64,000 bases of DNA from Acidimicrobiia bacterium (GTDB lineage Bacteria > Actinomycetota > Acidimicrobiia > Spongiisociales > ZC4RG35), in NCBI GenBank assembly GCA_965203555.1, contig CBDBCY010000004.1, positions 1,152,001 to 1,216,000 of the forward strand, read 5' to 3'. A program made the translations under genes and the position numbers. Shown one piece after another: positions 26,845-37,083 of this stretch. The notes under the pieces were generated by a model. It did not search any database, was not told the DNA's origin, and saw only the letters and a program-made list of their open reading frames with translations. Position 1 is the stretch's first letter. Every line of letters begins with the position of its first letter.

Positions 26845-28654
26845 GAGGCTGCTGATTTATTCGGGTTGGTGAGATGCTTGGTTTGGGGGGTGGGTTGTGG
26901 GATAATTTTGGGGTATGTTGGGTGTTGAGCGTTTTGATCGGGAGTTGTTGGACGCGATGGCGGTGTGCGGTGATCTGGTGCCGGAGGGGTCGGTTTACCG
27001 GTTTTTGGCCGAGCATCGGACTGTGGTGTTCCCGGATGGGTTGTTCGAGGATTTGTTCGGCCCTCGGGGTCGTCCGTCGGTTCCGGGATCGGTGGTGGCG
27101 ACGGTGATGGTGTTACAGGCCTTGGAGGGCCTGTCCGATCGGGAGGCGATCGGTCGGTTGCGGTGTGATATTCGTTGGAAGGCCGCGGCGGGTTTGTCGC
27201 TGGTTGATGGGGGGTTTCATCCCACGGTGTTGACGCTGTGGCGAGCAAGGCTGCGCAACAGTGAGAGACCGGAACGGATTTTCGACGCGGTTAGGAAAGT
27301 GGTCGACCAGACCGGGATATTGAGAGGTCGCAGCAAGCGGGTGTTGGACTCCACGATATTGGATGATGCGGTGGTCACCCAGGACACGGTGACGATGATC
27401 TGTGCCCAGATACGCAAGGTCCGCCGTTTGATACCCCGAGCGCGGCAGGTGAGGTTGTCCCGTGATTATGAACAGACTGGTAAGCCGTCGTGTGATTGGT
27501 CGGATCCGCAGAGTCGTTCCAGCCTGATCGACGGTCTGGTCAAGGACGGACAGGAAGTGCTGAAAGCGGTGGAAAACACTGTTTTGGACACCGGGCAGTC
27601 GGAGGCCGTGGGGTTGTTGGGGGTGGTGGTCGGCCAGGACGTGGAACCGGACCCCGACCGGGAGGGCAGATGGCGTATCGCCCGGCGGGTGGCTTTGGAT
27701 CGGACGATATCGGTGGTCGACCCGGACGCTCGTCACGGACGGAAAACATCGTCGCAGCGTTTGCGACGGTTACAAGGCTCACATAGCTGCTGAACCGGAG
27801 ACGGAGATCATCACCGTCGTTGAGGTCACCGCCGCCAATACCCCCGACGGGGAGACCGGCGCGAGAATGCTGCAAAAAGACGCAACGGCTGGCACGGACG
27901 ACACCCACGAACCGGCTGGCATGGATGATCCGGCTGGTGTGGACGATCCGGCTGGGGTGGAGGTCATCGCTGATTCGGCGTACGGGTCGGGCGAGGTTCG
28001 CGCCAAGTTGGAAAAGGCCGGGTATACCACCACTGTGAAACCGATACCGCCTGTGTCGTAACTATCGGTTGGGCAGTGACCAGTTCACCCGGGACGATTT
28101 CGAGGTGGATCACGACCGAAAACAGATCACCTGCCCGGCCGGGGTAACGGTGAACATCAGCCCCAAAGGCTGGGCCCGGTTCGCAAAACACTGCACCGGT
28201 TGTGGTTTTCGGAGTCGTTGCACCACCAACCGACGGGGTCGCCAGATGCGGATCCACCCCCATGACCGGTTACTGGTCCAAGCCCGCCGAAAATGGAAAG
28301 ATCCCCCGACCAAACACCGGTACAACAAGTACCGGTCGACGGTTGAGCGGCTGATCGCTCACTTGGTTGCCAACGGCCACCGCAAACTCCGCTACCGGGG
28401 CACCGCTCGAAACCGGCAACAACTACACACCCGCGTAGCGGCGATCAACCTGCGCAGGCTCATCAACCTCGGACTGCACCCCACCACCACCGGATGGGCC
28501 ACCAACCCGATCTAACACCGGGGACCCCCAACAGAGAACAAGCAAACACTGGAGGACACCGGCCATCACCCCTCCACCGGTGCGCCCACCGCGCCGCTTT
28601 CGAGATCAAGCCCAGTGACCCACCACCCACCGAACGCCAATACTCAGCAGCCTC
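26845..28654 (+). mobile_element. IS1182/IS5-like element copy 2, transposase with two frameshifts
   Basis: Same IRs as copy 1, with CTAG at 26841-26844 and 28655-28658. ORF pieces 26915..27793, ~27770..28061 and 28069..28515. Confidence 0.92.
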
Positions 28655-28741
28655 CTAGATCCGGTGGTCAGTGGTGTCTGTGATTGAGCAAGCGTCGCTT
28701 TCCGGTGGCATACTGGTCTCCATCCTGAGAGAGGACCCAAA

Positions 28742-29095
28742 GTGGCAGTGGAAATGGCGATCTGGCGAATGACCGATGACGGACCGCGGCGGTTGCGGTC
28801 GTCGCCGCTCCATGTTGAACAGCGGCTTGAGGACATGCTCGCTGAGTACCCTGGTATGACTGGGATCGACCTGCTTGTCGTGGGAAGAGCGGGATGGTGG
28901 GAGGACACGGACTCAGAGGACCCGGAAGTTACTGAGATGGTCGTGCCGGTCAAGTGGCTCGGCACGCGGCCGCTGGAGGAGGCAGTGTGGGAAAAGGGTC
29001 TCTTCGCTAACCAACTCACCGCCTGCAGACTGCGGGACAAGCACACGATCACGACCGTCGAATCGGCCTTTGGGCTCCGCTCCGGAGTCGACTGA
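28742..29095 (+). pseudogene. NucS/DUF91-like endonuclease, internally deleted in frame
   Basis: N-terminus MAVEMAIWR...EQRLEDML...LLVVGR is joined directly to the C-terminus VVPVKW...AVWEKGLFANQ.TAC.LR. The PD-(D/E)xK core expected between them is absent. Confidence 0.6.
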
Positions 29096-29526
29096 TGTCA
29101 AGACTGATAGCAGCCACAGACGGCTCTGCGGACAACCCCCGACCGGGACCGGGCGGCTGGGCATGGGTAACCACAGAGGGGACCTGTGGGTGGGGAAATC
29201 ATCCAGAGACAAACCACAACCGCATGGAATTGACAGCTGTGTTGAAGTTACTCGAGGCGCATCCCGACAGACCGCTGCTGATCCAAGCCGAGTACCTTGT
29301 CATCAACATCTTCACTGACTTGCTCAACGGGTGGCGGGAGCAAGGCATACGAAGAGGCCGCCCACTTAAGAACAGTGACCTGATCAAACAGATCGATGCG
29401 CTCCTGATTGGGAAAGACATCAAATGGGAACGGGTCAAGGCCCACACCGGCCATCTTCTCAACGAAAGCGCGGACCGGTTGGCTGGCTTTGCGAGGTTGC
29501 AAGGGAAACTCGGACATAGGCGCTGA
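29095..29526 (+). CDS. Ribonuclease HI-family protein (third acidic site altered)
   Basis: ATDGS..NP.PGPGGWA, NRMELTAV, KNSDL, VKAHTGH..NE.ADRLA. It reads IQAEY where DSxY is expected. Confidence 0.85.
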   Translation: MSRLIAATDGSADNPRPGPGGWAWVTTEGTCGWGNHPETNHNRMELTAVLKLLEAHPDRPLLIQAEYLVINIFTDLLNGWREQGIRRGRPLKNSDLIKQIDALLIGKDIKWERVKAHTGHLLNESADRLAGFARLQGKLGHRR

Positions 29527-29672
29527 CCCCCGAGTTCCGCGATTCGGAGGGGTTAACCTTCTTCGGCCCCCGCAAGCAAGCGGACATAGAGTTGGGAGTG
29601 ATCAGCTGGCTTTGTCACACCGCGTTTCTATAGCTTTCAAGCGTAAGATTCCTTTATAGGAAAGGACGAGAG

Positions 29673-29843
29673 ATGGCAAAGAACGGAGCCAAGGGCAGGG
29701 GTCGAAGAGGTGCCGTCTCCAAGCGCAGCCAGATCCAGAACCCCAACACCGGCCTATGGACCAAACGTGACACATCATCGGGACGGTTCATAGCCACGAA
29801 AAAGACCGGAGGGCCATTCAAGGGCGTGCGGCGGGAGCGTTAG
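29673..29843 (+). CDS. 56-aa basic conserved hypothetical protein (missed by ORF track)
   Basis: MAKNGAKGRGRRGAVSKRSQIQNPNTGLWTKRDTSSGRFIATKKTGGPFKGVRRER, with RBS AGGAAAGGA upstream. Confidence 0.8.
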   Translation: MAKNGAKGRGRRGAVSKRSQIQNPNTGLWTKRDTSSGRFIATKKTGGPFKGVRRER

Positions 29844-30250
29844 AACCCATTGAGCCCTTTGGTTCGCATCGACCTCATAGCTGCAACCGAGCCGCAGTGT
29901 ATAGATGCGGCGACAGGTTTCCTTGGTCGGCCACCACCACCATCCGTTCGGTGTGTCTGGAATACAGCAGCTAACTCTGTCCTGGTCCACCCGCGCCTTC
30001 ACCGACCAGTGCCCCTGCGTCTCGAGGATCGCCCCATCGTGCCGGGCTCATGAGACGGCTACATCCGAGAATCAACTCAACATGGCGCAACACGAAGTCC
30101 GCGCGATGGCGGGTTGCTGTGACCAGTTTCGTGTTCGCCTCGTCGAAGCCAGCGGCAGTTTCGACTCATGTGTTCCCCGACGGCACAGCCTCCTGGGTTG
30201 ACTGCCCGCGATATGGGAGTGAATGCGAACGCATCTAGCCTGTGAAGACC

Positions 30251-30859
30251 ATGACACCCTCGTTTCGGTCAAGAACCGGGGTCTTTCCCGGCGTAACCGA
30301 CGAACCGGCCGACGTGCTCGATGTCATAGTGGAAGGCGTTGTTATCGGGTCGTTCTACCGCCTGTCTACCGACCACTGGGAGTTTCTCGGACCTTGGGAC
30401 GACGAAAACAGGATACAGGTGGAAAGCACTGCGGACTGTTTGACGCAGGACGACAGTACATTTTGGTTGTACACAGATGGGGCTTCCCGGGAAAACGGGG
30501 CCCGGGCGGCCATCGGCGCTGTCTTGTACGATTCGCATGGTCGGGAGATTGACACCCTGACCCACCCCATCGGATCTGCCACCAACAACCAAGCCGAATA
30601 CCGAGCATTAATAGAGGGTCTGAAGATGGCCCTGCTTCAAAACATCCGATGTTTGGTAGTTCGGTCTGACAGTCTGCTTGTGGTCAATCAAGTGCGCGGG
30701 AGGTTCAAAGTGAGAAAGGCCGAGTTGACATCGCTTCACGCCAAAGCCCGTGAACTGTTGGATCGTTTCCCGAAATACCACTTGGAACATGTCCCCCGGA
30801 AATACAACCGGAGAGCCGACGCTTTGGCCAACGAAGCGTTCTCCACCCAATTCGAATGA
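30251..30859 (+). CDS. Ribonuclease HI (archaeal/Rv2228c-like type) with N-terminal extension
   Basis: YTDGASR, ATNNQAEYRALI.GL, RSDSLLVVNQ, HVPR..N.RADALAN. All four acidic residues are present. Confidence 0.9.
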   Translation: MTPSFRSRTGVFPGVTDEPADVLDVIVEGVVIGSFYRLSTDHWEFLGPWDDENRIQVESTADCLTQDDSTFWLYTDGASRENGARAAIGAVLYDSHGREIDTLTHPIGSATNNQAEYRALIEGLKMALLQNIRCLVVRSDSLLVVNQVRGRFKVRKAELTSLHAKARELLDRFPKYHLEHVPRKYNRRADALANEAFSTQFE

Positions 30860-31208
30860 TCGAAGGGCACACAGGCGCCATGAGTCCCGGGCGGAGTCCC
30901 ATAAAAGGTGGGCACTCGGGTTGCTCGAAGACGTACAAACGCCGCAACAGTTGCCGAGATTAGAGGCGGTATTCGACGCGACGGCGAGTCGAAGAGCCTG
31001 CGCCGAGGCGATTCCAAGCCATCACTCGGCGGGTAGTGATTCCGGGGCGCCTCCGGTGGGTGAGGTCTGCGCATTCGTTCTATCCGCATCCTTCGCCAAG
31101 GTGTCCGGAGGGGAGGAAGGATGCGAAGGGGTTCGCCTTACCTTGACCAGACCCCCGACAGCCTCCCCACCCGGAAGTCTCCGGCCCTCTGGGGACCCTT
31201 GGATAGCA

Positions 31209-31230
31209 TTTGTCATAATATAATGACTAA
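31209..31230 (+). promoter_or_regulatory. GntR/HutC-type operator overlapping -10 box
   Basis: Palindrome TTTGTCATAATATAATGACTAA (18 of 22 positions symmetric) containing TATAAT, just before ATG 31234. Confidence 0.75.
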
Positions 31231-31233
31231 CCC

Positions 31234-31980
31234 ATGGGTCACCTTGATCGTCATCTTCAGCGGGGCCATCTGCCACTCTGGTTCCAGATCAAGGAGCAAC
31301 TGCGGCACGCTATCGACTCGGGCGAGTGGGCGCCGGGTGAGCAGCTGCCCACCGAGAACGAACTGATCGAGTTCTTCGGCGTCAGCCGGATCACCATTCG
31401 CACCGCCTTCGAACGACTGGGCGACCAGGGACTGGTGGAACGGATCCCCGGGCGCGGCACCTTTGTAGCCCAACGCAGCTTCGAGCAGCCAGTCACCCGG
31501 CTGGCGGGTTTCCACGAGGACATGGCCAGTCGGGGCTTTGTCCCCTCGACGCACACTCTTTCGGTGCAGGTCGTCCCCGGGCCCTCCGATGTGGCGTCAG
31601 CTCTGGGGGCCCAGGGCGAGGACCTGGTAGAGATCCGGCGTCTCCTTCTGGCCGACAGCGCTCCCATGGCCGTTCAACACGGCTACCTGCCGACCTGGGT
31701 GATGGGGAACCAGGAGTTCAGCGCTTCGGACCTGTCCAACAAGTCGCTCTATCGAATCATGGAAGAACGGACCGCCTCCCGCCCGGCGGCGGCGGAGGAG
31801 ACTATCGAAGCCGTCCGCGCCGATGCCGACCGCGCCGGCCTGCTGGAAGTGTCGGAGGGTTCGCCTCTCCTACTGGCCACCCGCCTGTCGCTCGACCGGT
31901 CACGCCGGCCGGTCGAATACGTTCGCCTCTGGTACCGAGCCGACCGCTATCGCTTCCGAGTGGAGTTGCAACGGCCATGA
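31234..31980 (+). CDS. GntR family (HutC/UTRA) transcriptional regulator
   Basis: LPTENEL...FGVSRITIR...GRGTFV and a C-terminal UTRA domain (SLY, VEY...YRADRY). Confidence 0.95.
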   Translation: MGHLDRHLQRGHLPLWFQIKEQLRHAIDSGEWAPGEQLPTENELIEFFGVSRITIRTAFERLGDQGLVERIPGRGTFVAQRSFEQPVTRLAGFHEDMASRGFVPSTHTLSVQVVPGPSDVASALGAQGEDLVEIRRLLLADSAPMAVQHGYLPTWVMGNQEFSASDLSNKSLYRIMEERTASRPAAAEETIEAVRADADRAGLLEVSEGSPLLLATRLSLDRSRRPVEYVRLWYRADRYRFRVELQRP

Positions 31981-32879
31981 TCGACGTGGTTGGAGACGCC
32001 TGCGTCGACCTGGTCCTGCCGGTTCCTCACGTGCCGGAACCGGACCAGAAAGTGCATACTCCAGAGGCGGTGGTGAGCCCGGGAGGGGTGGCGCTGAATG
32101 TGGCCGTCGCCCTGGCGCGGTTGGGTGCGGAGGTGGCGCTTCATGCCCGGATCGGAGAAGACGCCTTCGGTTCGATGGTCCTGGAGACGCTCGAGTCCCA
32201 AGGAGTGGACACCGTCGGCGTGGTGATCGATACCTCTATCTCTACCTATTTCACCGTGTCACTGATCACCGACGACTCACCGGAAAAGCGGATGGTGGTG
32301 GCGGTGACTCCCGGCCTGTACCCCGAAACGACCACCTTGGGACCAAGCGCCTGGGGTCACACGGCCCCCTTCGACTTGGAGGCTGCGGCAGAGGTCACCG
32401 ATCAGTGGCGGTCGCTGGGAGTCCCGTTCTCGATCGATCTCGAACCGGCCTGCATACCAACCGACCCAACCGACATCGCCTCGGTGACCCGGGGCGCCGA
32501 CACTCTGATCGCCAACGCTCGGACCCGGGACCTGTTGGCCGACTCCGCCGAAGATGCGCTCGAGGTGCTGACCGGGCCACTGGGAGGTCGGCACGCGGTG
32601 GTCACCCAGGGATCCGACGGCATTGTCTTCAGTTCGGAGGGGAACCTCGGACGGATTCCCGCCCACCCGGTCGAGGCGGTCGACACGACCGGCGCCGGAG
32701 ACAGCTTCGCGGCCGGATATATCTGGGCGCGCACCACGGGGTCGGGGGTGACCGAAGCGCTCGAGACGGGAACCGTCACCGGAGCGCTGGCCTGCCGGAG
32801 CCTCGGAGCATTGGCCTCGCTCCCCCACCGGGACGAAGTCGAACCACTATTGCGGTCCCGGAGAGAGGGCAACTCGTGA
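31977..32879 (+). CDS. PfkB-family carbohydrate kinase
   Basis: PGGVALNVAVALARLG, IGEDAFG, VDTTGAGDSFAAG. Confidence 0.93.
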   Translation: MIDVVGDACVDLVLPVPHVPEPDQKVHTPEAVVSPGGVALNVAVALARLGAEVALHARIGEDAFGSMVLETLESQGVDTVGVVIDTSISTYFTVSLITDDSPEKRMVVAVTPGLYPETTTLGPSAWGHTAPFDLEAAAEVTDQWRSLGVPFSIDLEPACIPTDPTDIASVTRGADTLIANARTRDLLADSAEDALEVLTGPLGGRHAVVTQGSDGIVFSSEGNLGRIPAHPVEAVDTTGAGDSFAAGYIWARTTGSGVTEALETGTVTGALACRSLGALASLPHRDEVEPLLRSRREGNS

Positions 32880-33730
32880 GTTCCCTGCTACCCCAAAAGC
32901 CTGACCCCCTGAAGGCCATATTCGATGGGCCCAAGCCGATCATCGGGATGATCCATCTGGCGCCGCTCCCCGGGGCGCCCCGCTACGACAGCCAACCCGT
33001 CGAAGAAATCTACGCGGCCGGGGTGGCCGACGCCCTGACCATGTCGGAGGCCGGCATCGACGGAATCATCGTCGAGAACGCCTTCGACATTCCCTTTGCC
33101 CGTCCCGAAGCGATCGGACCGGAGACGGTTGCCGCCCTGACGGCGGCGTGTCTGCGGGTACGGGATGCCGTGGACCTCCCGATCGGGATCACCTGCGTCG
33201 CCAACGGGGTGATACCCGCCCTGGCCGTGGCCAAGGCGGTCGGGGCCCGCTGGATCCGAGCGAACCAGTGGGTGAACGCCTACGTGGCCAACGAAGGGTT
33301 CATCAACGGACCGGCGGGCGAGGCGCTCCGTTACCGGTCGGCGATCGGCGCGCAGGACGTTCAGATCTTCGCCGACGTCCACGTCAAGTTCGGCGCCCAT
33401 GCCGTCACCGGCGACCGGCCGATCGCCGAACAGGCCCGTGACGCCGAGTTCTTCGACGCCGACCTGCTGATCGCCAGCGGGCAGCGCACCGGCTCGCCCA
33501 CCGACACCTCCGAGGTCCGCGCCATCCGGGCGGGCACCTCGCTTCCGGTGATCGTGGGAAGCGGTCTGGACGTGACCAACGCAGCCGAGTTGCTGTCTGT
33601 GGCGGACGGCGCGATCGTGGGAAGTTCGCTCAAAGAAGGAGGCAAATGGTGGAACCCGGTCGACCCCATCGTCACCAAGGAACTGATGGAGGTCGTGCGG
33701 AGCGTAAGAAACAGAACAGGAAAGCAATAA
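32876..33730 (+). CDS. BtpA/SgcQ family TIM-barrel protein
   Basis: IGMIHL.PLPGAP, GIIVEN, ADVHVKF, SG.RTG, IVGSG, DGAIVGS.LK. GTG start overlaps the pfkB stop. Confidence 0.92.
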   Translation: MSSLLPQKPDPLKAIFDGPKPIIGMIHLAPLPGAPRYDSQPVEEIYAAGVADALTMSEAGIDGIIVENAFDIPFARPEAIGPETVAALTAACLRVRDAVDLPIGITCVANGVIPALAVAKAVGARWIRANQWVNAYVANEGFINGPAGEALRYRSAIGAQDVQIFADVHVKFGAHAVTGDRPIAEQARDAEFFDADLLIASGQRTGSPTDTSEVRAIRAGTSLPVIVGSGLDVTNAAELLSVADGAIVGSSLKEGGKWWNPVDPIVTKELMEVVRSVRNRTGKQ

Positions 33731-33743
33731 TGAAGGAGGAAAC

Positions 33744-35330
33744 GTGAAACATCATCTGCGGTTGCTGACCGCACTACTGGCCATCCTGGCCCTGGTGGCC
33801 GCGTCCTGCGGCGACGGGGATGACGACGCCGCGGTCGCCGACCCGACCACCACGGCCGCGGTCGCCGAGCCGGAACCCGAGCCCGAGCCGGAACCCGAGC
33901 CCGAGACTGCCGATCCGGGCACCCCCGGCAACATCCCCGACCCGGGCACCGCTGCCGGGCGCTTTGACGGGGTCGAGGTCGTGGTGGCCGGACCGGCCGG
34001 CCAACTCGACTACATGAAGGCCAAGGCCGCCGACTGGGCGGCTGAGACCGGCGCCACCGTTCGGGTCGACGAGATTCCGTTCGGCGAGCTCAACGACAAG
34101 GTGCTGGCGGCACTGTCCACCGACACCTTCATCGCCGACATCATCAACATCGGCTCGAACCTGGGCGGTGACCTGATGGGCGGCGGGTTCATGGCTGCTG
34201 CGCCCGAGTGGGCCCAACAGCGGGCCGACTGGGAGGGCATCCTTCCCATCTTCCGGTCGAACCAGTTGTCGTTCGGCGGGGTCGCCTACGGAATGCCCTG
34301 GGACGGCGACGTGCTCATGTACTACTGGCGCGCCGACGCCTTCGAAGCGCACGCCGACGAGTACGAGGCGGCCACCGGCAATGCCCTCCGTCCGGCCGAG
34401 TCCTGGAGCGAGTACGCGGCCATTGCCAAGTTCTTCACCGAGAACGCCTGGTCGGACCAGGACGAGGGATACGGCCTGGTCGAGTTGCCCATGCGCAACA
34501 ACCAGGGTTGGAACGGATTCATGACCCGCGCAGCGGGATATGCCAAGGCGCCCAACGATCCCGGTTTCTTCTTCGATCCCGAGACGATGGAGCCCCGCAT
34601 CAACAATCCGGGCTTCGTCCGGGCTCTCGAGGACTGGGGCGCCGTCATCGAGTACGGTCCTCCGGGAATGCTCAACTTCGGTTGGATCGAGAACGCTCTG
34701 AGCTTCGTGGGCGGCATCGCCGCTCAGGACATCCAGTGGGGTGACATCGGACCCATGTCCAAGTCTCCCGACTCGGTGGTCGAGGGAGCGGTGGGATACG
34801 GCCCCGCCCCCGGCGCCGACGAGTACTGGGATCCGGTGGCCGGAGCATGGGCTTCCGGCGACGGGCCCAACAAGGCTCCCTTCCTCGGCTTCGGTGGATG
34901 GTTCAACCTGGTTCCCACCACGTCCAACAACCTGGCGGCCGCCTTCGACCTGGCCTCCTTCCTGGGCAGCCCGGAAGTCCTGGCCGAAGCGGCTGTGACC
35001 GCCGGCACCGGCGTCAACCCGGGAACCGCCGCCACGCTCGATCCCGCCCTGTGGGTGAGCGCCGGCTGGCCCGAGGACGAGGCGAAGGCCTACACCGACG
35101 CCATCCGGGCATCGCTCGATCACCCCAACGCGGTGTTCGACATGAGGCTGCCCGGCTTCCCCGAGTACAAGGACGCCCTCGAATTGGCGGTGTCCGAAGC
35201 CCTGTCCGGTCAGGCCAGTGCGCAAGACGCACTCGACGAGGCCGCGGAGACGTGGAACGAGATCACCGACCGTCTCGGTCGTGACGAACAACTCCGCATC
35301 TACCGCGAGGCCTTGGGGCTCACCGGCTGA
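33744..35330 (+). CDS. Sugar ABC transporter substrate-binding lipoprotein
   Basis: Lipobox VAASC, (EP)n linker, MPWDGD...YWR.D. Confidence 0.9.
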   Translation: MKHHLRLLTALLAILALVAASCGDGDDDAAVADPTTTAAVAEPEPEPEPEPEPETADPGTPGNIPDPGTAAGRFDGVEVVVAGPAGQLDYMKAKAADWAAETGATVRVDEIPFGELNDKVLAALSTDTFIADIINIGSNLGGDLMGGGFMAAAPEWAQQRADWEGILPIFRSNQLSFGGVAYGMPWDGDVLMYYWRADAFEAHADEYEAATGNALRPAESWSEYAAIAKFFTENAWSDQDEGYGLVELPMRNNQGWNGFMTRAAGYAKAPNDPGFFFDPETMEPRINNPGFVRALEDWGAVIEYGPPGMLNFGWIENALSFVGGIAAQDIQWGDIGPMSKSPDSVVEGAVGYGPAPGADEYWDPVAGAWASGDGPNKAPFLGFGGWFNLVPTTSNNLAAAFDLASFLGSPEVLAEAAVTAGTGVNPGTAATLDPALWVSAGWPEDEAKAYTDAIRASLDHPNAVFDMRLPGFPEYKDALELAVSEALSGQASAQDALDEAAETWNEITDRLGRDEQLRIYREALGLTG

Positions 35331-35350
35331 CAACCAAAACAGCACGCGCA

Positions 35351-35385
35351 CCGGTCCGTCCCGGCAAACCGCTGGGACGGACCGG
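35351..35385 (+). terminator. Strong intra-operon stem-loop after the binding-protein gene
   Basis: CCGGTCCGTCCC...GGGACGGACCGG, a 12-bp perfect stem with no U-tract. Confidence 0.55.
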
Positions 35386-35425
35386 CAGTGCGCCACGCTG
35401 GTTCATATCGCCCGCCACCACCGCG

Positions 35426-36250
35426 GTGCTCGCACTGAGCATCTTCCCGCTGGTCTTCTCGCTGGGCCTCACTTTCACCAACGTCAATCTCTTCCGGCGG
35501 GTGCCTTTGCGCTTCATCGGCCTGGAGAACTGGGCTCGCATCTTCTCGGACGAGGCCCTGCTCGAAACGCTTATCAACACCATCATCTTCGTGGGCGGCG
35601 GCGTGGCCGTCCAATACGTGTTGGGCCTGGCCCTGGCCGTGGCGCTCAACCGGGGCTTTCGGGAACAGCGCCTGATGCGCATCCTGTTCCTGCTGCCGAT
35701 GATGGTGAGCCCGATCGCAGTGGGCTTCATAATCGGCCGCATGGTTTTCAGCGAGGGCTTCGGGCCGATCAACGACATGCTGGAGGCGGTGGGACTGCCG
35801 GCCGTGGCGTGGGTCACCTCGCCGGCCATCGCCAAGGTGACCATCATCCTGGTCGACACCTGGCAGTGGACGCCGCTGATGATGCTGTTGATACTGGTCG
35901 GTTTGCAGGGCATTCCCACCGAACCGCTCCAGGCGGCCCGGGTGGACGGCGCCAGCGAGTGGCAGATCTTCCGCCACATCGTCTTCCCGCTGCTGCTTCC
36001 GGTCAGCATCACCGCGGTGCTCATCCGGGCATTGGAGGCCTTCAAGATCATCGACATCATCCGGGTGGTGACCGGCGGCGGCCCGGGCCGCGCCACCGAG
36101 TCGGTGACCGCCTACGTCTACAACGTCGGCGCCAAGCAGGGCGACCTGGCCTATGCCGCGGCGGCGGCCTATGTCCTGCTGTTCGTGGTTATAGGCGTCA
36201 GTTTCCTGGCGTTGTACATCAGTCGCCGGGTGCAGGAGCGATACGCATGA
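35426..36250 (+). CDS. Carbohydrate ABC permease
   Basis: WQWTP, QAARVDGA (EAA loop). The true start may lie upstream, near 35327. Confidence 0.93.
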   Translation: MLALSIFPLVFSLGLTFTNVNLFRRVPLRFIGLENWARIFSDEALLETLINTIIFVGGGVAVQYVLGLALAVALNRGFREQRLMRILFLLPMMVSPIAVGFIIGRMVFSEGFGPINDMLEAVGLPAVAWVTSPAIAKVTIILVDTWQWTPLMMLLILVGLQGIPTEPLQAARVDGASEWQIFRHIVFPLLLPVSITAVLIRALEAFKIIDIIRVVTGGGPGRATESVTAYVYNVGAKQGDLAYAAAAAYVLLFVVIGVSFLALYISRRVQERYA

Positions 36251-37083
36251 AGGGTCGGTTGGTCATCCGGGCGTTCCTGTGGGTGGCGGCGTTCATCACC
36301 CTGTTTCCCCTCTACTGGATCGTTATCACCTCGTTCAAGACCCAGCTCGACATCGGAGTGAACCCCACCTATCTGCCGTGGGTGGACTTCATGCCCACTC
36401 TCGAGGGCTGGCGGTGGTTGCTGTCAGAGGCGAGGTCCGATGTGATCAGGGCAATTGTCAACAGCCTGATCGTTTCCGGGGGCAGCGCTGCAATCGCCAC
36501 CCTCCTGGGAGCGGGGGCCGGGTACGGCCTGACCCGCTACCGGTACCGGTGGCGGTTCTGGCGCAACGAGGACATCGCCTTCTGGTTCATCTCCCAGCGG
36601 ATGCTCCCACCGGTGGCGATCGTGCTGGCGTTCCTGCTGATGTTCCGGTATCTCAGCCTGCTGGACACCCGCCTGGGTCTCACCATCGCCTACACCGGGT
36701 TCGCCATCCCGTTTACCGTCTGGATCATGCGCGACGCCTTCGCGCAGGTGCCGATCGAACTGGAGGAGAGCGCCGGGGTGGACGGCGCGTCGGCGGCCAA
36801 TGTCTTCTTCCGTATCTCCCTTCCGATCGCGGTGCCCGGCCTGGTCGGGTCGCTGCTGTTCGCCTTCGTGTTCGCCTGGAACGAGTATCTCTTCGCCCTG
36901 ATGCTCACCTTCCAGGAAGCCACCACGGTGCCCTTGCTCCTGTCCTCTCGCATCACCTCATTCGGAGCGCAGTGGGACCAACTCTCGGCGCTCACCCTCA
37001 CCAATTTGATTCCGGCCGCGGTTCTTGGGATCATGCTGGAGCGTTTCCTGATCCGCAACCGTACGGAAGGATCTCTCAAATGA
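36247..37083 (+). CDS. Carbohydrate ABC permease
   Basis: TSFKT, ELEESAGVDGA, AWNEYLFA. Confidence 0.93.
   Translation: MKGRLVIRAFLWVAAFITLFPLYWIVITSFKTQLDIGVNPTYLPWVDFMPTLEGWRWLLSEARSDVIRAIVNSLIVSGGSAAIATLLGAGAGYGLTRYRYRWRFWRNEDIAFWFISQRMLPPVAIVLAFLLMFRYLSLLDTRLGLTIAYTGFAIPFTVWIMRDAFAQVPIELEESAGVDGASAANVFFRISLPIAVPGLVGSLLFAFVFAWNEYLFALMLTFQEATTVPLLLSSRITSFGAQWDQLSALTLTNLIPAAVLGIMLERFLIRNRTEGSLK

Noticed and set aside
29095-30859. Retron or other reverse-transcriptase system
   Set aside because: No reverse transcriptase ORF (YxDD) was found in the window.
31823-32875. 635-aa ORF as a fusion upstream of BtpA, and similar long extensions at 35218, 36279, 49804 and 42907
   Set aside because: These are GC-rich shadow frames overlapping genuine genes. 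The real starts overlap the upstream stop codons.
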